64,000 nucleotides of DNA, from NCBI GenBank assembly GCA_951406725.2, contig OX597837.1, positions 5,828,001 to 5,892,000 on the forward strand, written 5' to 3'. Made by a program: the position numbers and the translations under genes. The notes beneath the pieces are model-generated. The model did not search any database and was not told the origin of the DNA. It saw only the letters and a program-made list of their open reading frames with translations. The stretch comes from Octopus vulgaris. Lineage: Eukaryota. The stretch's first letter is position 1, and each line of letters starts with the position of its first letter. Shown here piece after piece: positions 60,827 through 64,000 of the stretch.

Positions 60827-62850
60827 CTGCCTTGCTTTTGTTGAGATAAAGTAAAATAAAATTTCAGTTTGAGATCGGAAATTTCATTCTTTATGGCCAG
60901 ATAAACCACTCTGTTAAGCACAGGGTTTGGTATAATTGGCTTACCCCATCCCTAAAATTGCTGGCCTCGAGCGAAATATTTCACATCATAACTAAGAACA
61001 ACAAATTTTAAAATATCGATAAACCCAACACGAATGCACATACCTTCATAAATCACAGAAATAGTTGTTGCCGGGACAGAAAATGCTATGACATATGAGA
61101 TAAAAGAGGAAGAACATAAAACGTGTTATAACTCATTTCCGATTCCAAGAAAGCTTCTAACAAAAAAGGTGTGATATGCAAGGTATCTTTTTCAAGATTG
61201 CTCGAAAACTGTTAAAACTTGACGTGTGAAAAATTACGATTTATTTCCTAGAACTCCCGGAAACAAATTTAGAAATATGCTACAAAATTATATTTCGTAC
61301 AATTATGTTTCGAACGGGTATTCACGGTGTACAGAAAAGGGAAATTTTTGATAATATCTTTTTCTTGTTCCAATTATTAGACTGCGGCTATGCTGGGGAA
61401 CCGCCTTGAAGAATTTTTAGTTGAATGCATCGATGCCAGTATTGTTTTTTTATGCATGTACATACAAAAAAGAAAGTTAGAGGACTGACCTCTAAAAGTG
61501 GATAGCCTATACGCTAGATACAGACGTCAATATCGCCATTTTCCACGAAGAAGGTGTTCTCAAGAAAAAACTCAGCAAAAAACCAAAGTGTAAAAATAAG
61601 CAAGACAAATGAAAATATACGAAATAAAAAACGATTACCATGTCTGGTTATTATTTTATCATTCACTTTTGCTGAGACGCTTGATAACGGGAAGGTAAAC
61701 GCACCAATTCCGGCTTTGTGGATGCGGAACGAACGCTGACATACAGTCGCATATATATCTGACTGGCTTTTAGTTTCTGTCAACTAAATGAATTCACCAA
61801 GTATTGGTCGATCCCCAGGCTATAAAAGAAGACAGCTGCTCTTACCACGCAGCCACGCCCCACAGAGTTTCTTGTAGATGTGCAAATTTTGGAAAATCAG
61901 CATTAAATGCCAACTTATAAGATTCATCGCAAGGAACGGAATGAAAACTCATGAGAACTTATGAAAGATCAAGGTGCTAAATTCTATGCACTTGGTGTAA
62001 TGAGGATTTGAAAACTGAAACGGGTCAGTGAAAGAGTCCTCGGGAATCATAGTGTTTAAATGATTTAGGAAAAAAAAAAAACGAAAATATATAATTCTTA
62101 AATTTTATTTGTTTCACGGATTTAAGGGCTTCAGATATCAAGGGAGAGATAAATGACATCCGCTTGGTTAATTGTACGTCGAGATAAGAATTTGGGACAC
62201 ATTGGCCAACAGAAGGAGTTCAACTTGGGACTGGAAAAAATTAAATTATTGCCTTACAGAATTAATTCTCATCCGTCCATAAAAACTGATCAAACACCAC
62301 CGGGTCATATAGTAATTACAGACGTATGGGTGTCATGCTATTTAGCTCCTTTAGTTTGGGGCCGCTGGCCCAATTAGCGGGCATGCTGGGGCACAAATGA
62401 GAAGTTGTGTATCTGTACAAATCGATACCATTGCCTACATCATTTATAAGTCTCGTACTCCTTCTATCGACCCCTTTCCGGTAAGTTACGGTGATGCAAA
62501 CAAACCAGCGCCGGTTGTCCAGCTGTGGAAGTAGTAGCAGACGGAGACAAAAGGACACACCCACACATTCAATTACCGAAACATTTCTAAATATCTCGAT
62601 ATTTCTACGTATGTATGTATGTATGTATGTATGTATGTATGTATGTATGTATGTATGTATGTATGTATGTATGTATGTATGTATGTATGTATGTATGTAT
62701 GTATGTATGTGTATGTATGTATGTATGTATGTATATGTGTATGTATGTATGTATATATATGTAGGTATGTATGTATGTGTGTATGTATGGATCTATCTAT
62801 CCTTATCTATCTATATGTATGTATGTATGTATCTATCGATCTCTCTAAAT

Positions 62851-62893
<43 letters not shown>

Positions 62894-63294
62894 TGTATAT
62901 TATGTATATATATACATATATATATGTGGAGGCACAATGACCCAGTGGTTAGGGCAGCTGACTCGCGGTCGTAAAAGCTGATCACGCACCGCCGAGGCAT
63001 ATAGTGATTACAGACGTATAATTGTCATGCTATTTAGGGACCGCAAATCCAATTAGCCCTCCACAGGGGCCAGCTTAAATGCCTGCACGGACTGCGGTTT
63101 TTTAGCAAGTATGTGTTTACATATTAGCGACATGGACGGTATTAATACTTATCGCACTCATTATACGTGACCTCACGTGGATATATTGTTAGATCGACGA
63201 ATAATGTGGTATTTGCCTTGGAATGCTCTCTCTCCTATGTTTGCACACTGCCTAAGAGCACAGACATATATGGTAAAAGACAATAAGATGTAGG

Positions 63295-63639
63295 AACAAC
63301 AGACCTGACATAACGATTTGGGACCGAGAAGAGAAACTGTGCGCAGTTGTAGAAATTAGCTGCCCAGCGGATGTTAACATAAAGCTGAAGATCTCTCAAA
63401 CAGAGAACACCGATGCTGAACTATTGAGAAATCTACAGTTACTCTATCCAGATTATAAGTTCAGGTTTGTACTTGTAATTATTAAGGCCCTGGGATATGT
63501 AGCACACTATCTAAATACCGATCTTGAGAAATTAGGCTTCTCAAAACCAGAAAGGCGAAAGCTAATTCGAAGACTACAGATTCGACTCCTCATTGGAACT
63601 GTTAAAATATGTAAAAGTTTACAGACAGTTATCGTTTAA
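63295..63639 (+). mobile_element. 3' fragment of a non-LTR retrotransposon with restriction-like endonuclease (R4/Dong-like)
   Basis: In-frame NNRPDITIWDREEKLCAVVEISCPAD...LRNLQLLYPDY..VIIKALG..GTVKICK; RPD...VEI is the REL PD-(D/E)xK signature. Confidence 0.75.
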
Positions 63640-63664
63640 ATATATATGAGCATGACAAGATATG

Positions 63665-63933
63665 CTAAGTTACGGGATATAAACACACCAGCATCGGTTG
63701 TCAAGCGATGGCGGGGGAATAAACACAGGCACACACAGACACACGCGCGCGCGCGCGCGCGCGCGAAAACACACATACAATTGGATTCTTTCAGTTTCCG
63801 TCTTCGAAATCCACTCTCAAGTCTTTGGTCGGCCCGAGGTTATAGGAGGAGACACCTGCGCAAGATTCTACGAAGTGGGACGGAACCCGGAACCATGTGG
63901 TTGGGAAGCAATCTTCTTACCACACATCCACGC
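63665..63933 (-). mobile_element. SINE type A, diverged
   Basis: Reverse complement of the SINE head and body. Other fragments at ~2900-3140, ~47370-47575, ~50015-50180 and ~61355-61860. Confidence 0.75.
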
Positions 63934-64000
63934 CTGATGAAATCCACACACACACACACTCACACACACACTCACACATACATATACACACACATATATA

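Overview
Eukaryotic, AT-rich, extremely microsatellite-dense non-coding DNA. The SINE and microsatellite landscape suggests an octopus or other cephalopod genome (inference). No intact host gene is evident, and nearly all ORFs in the supplied track are microsatellite artefacts. Recognisable content: (i) a 5'-truncated Penelope-like retroelement (PLE) with an RT, a CxCx5C linker and a C-terminal GIY-YIG endonuclease (17008-18398); (ii) a decayed mariner transposase, a REL-endonuclease fragment of a non-LTR retrotransposon and Helitron/Helentron-type non-autonomous elements; (iii) three tRNA-derived SINE types, one also amplified as a ~165-bp tandem array; (iv) a 32-bp minisatellite and a 100-N assembly gap. 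The most striking signal is a set of at least five families of short non-coding elements inserted in or beside (TA)n tracts, carrying 16 readable type-I hammerhead ribozyme (HHR) motifs in tandem and inverted, pseudo-LTR-like arrangements. These include a ~485-nt tandem unit whose HHR has a ~70-nt stem II insertion and covarying stems, a family with a compensatory U3:A8 core, and a family with a non-canonical CUGUNGA core. All structures were paired by eye; none was computed or tested.
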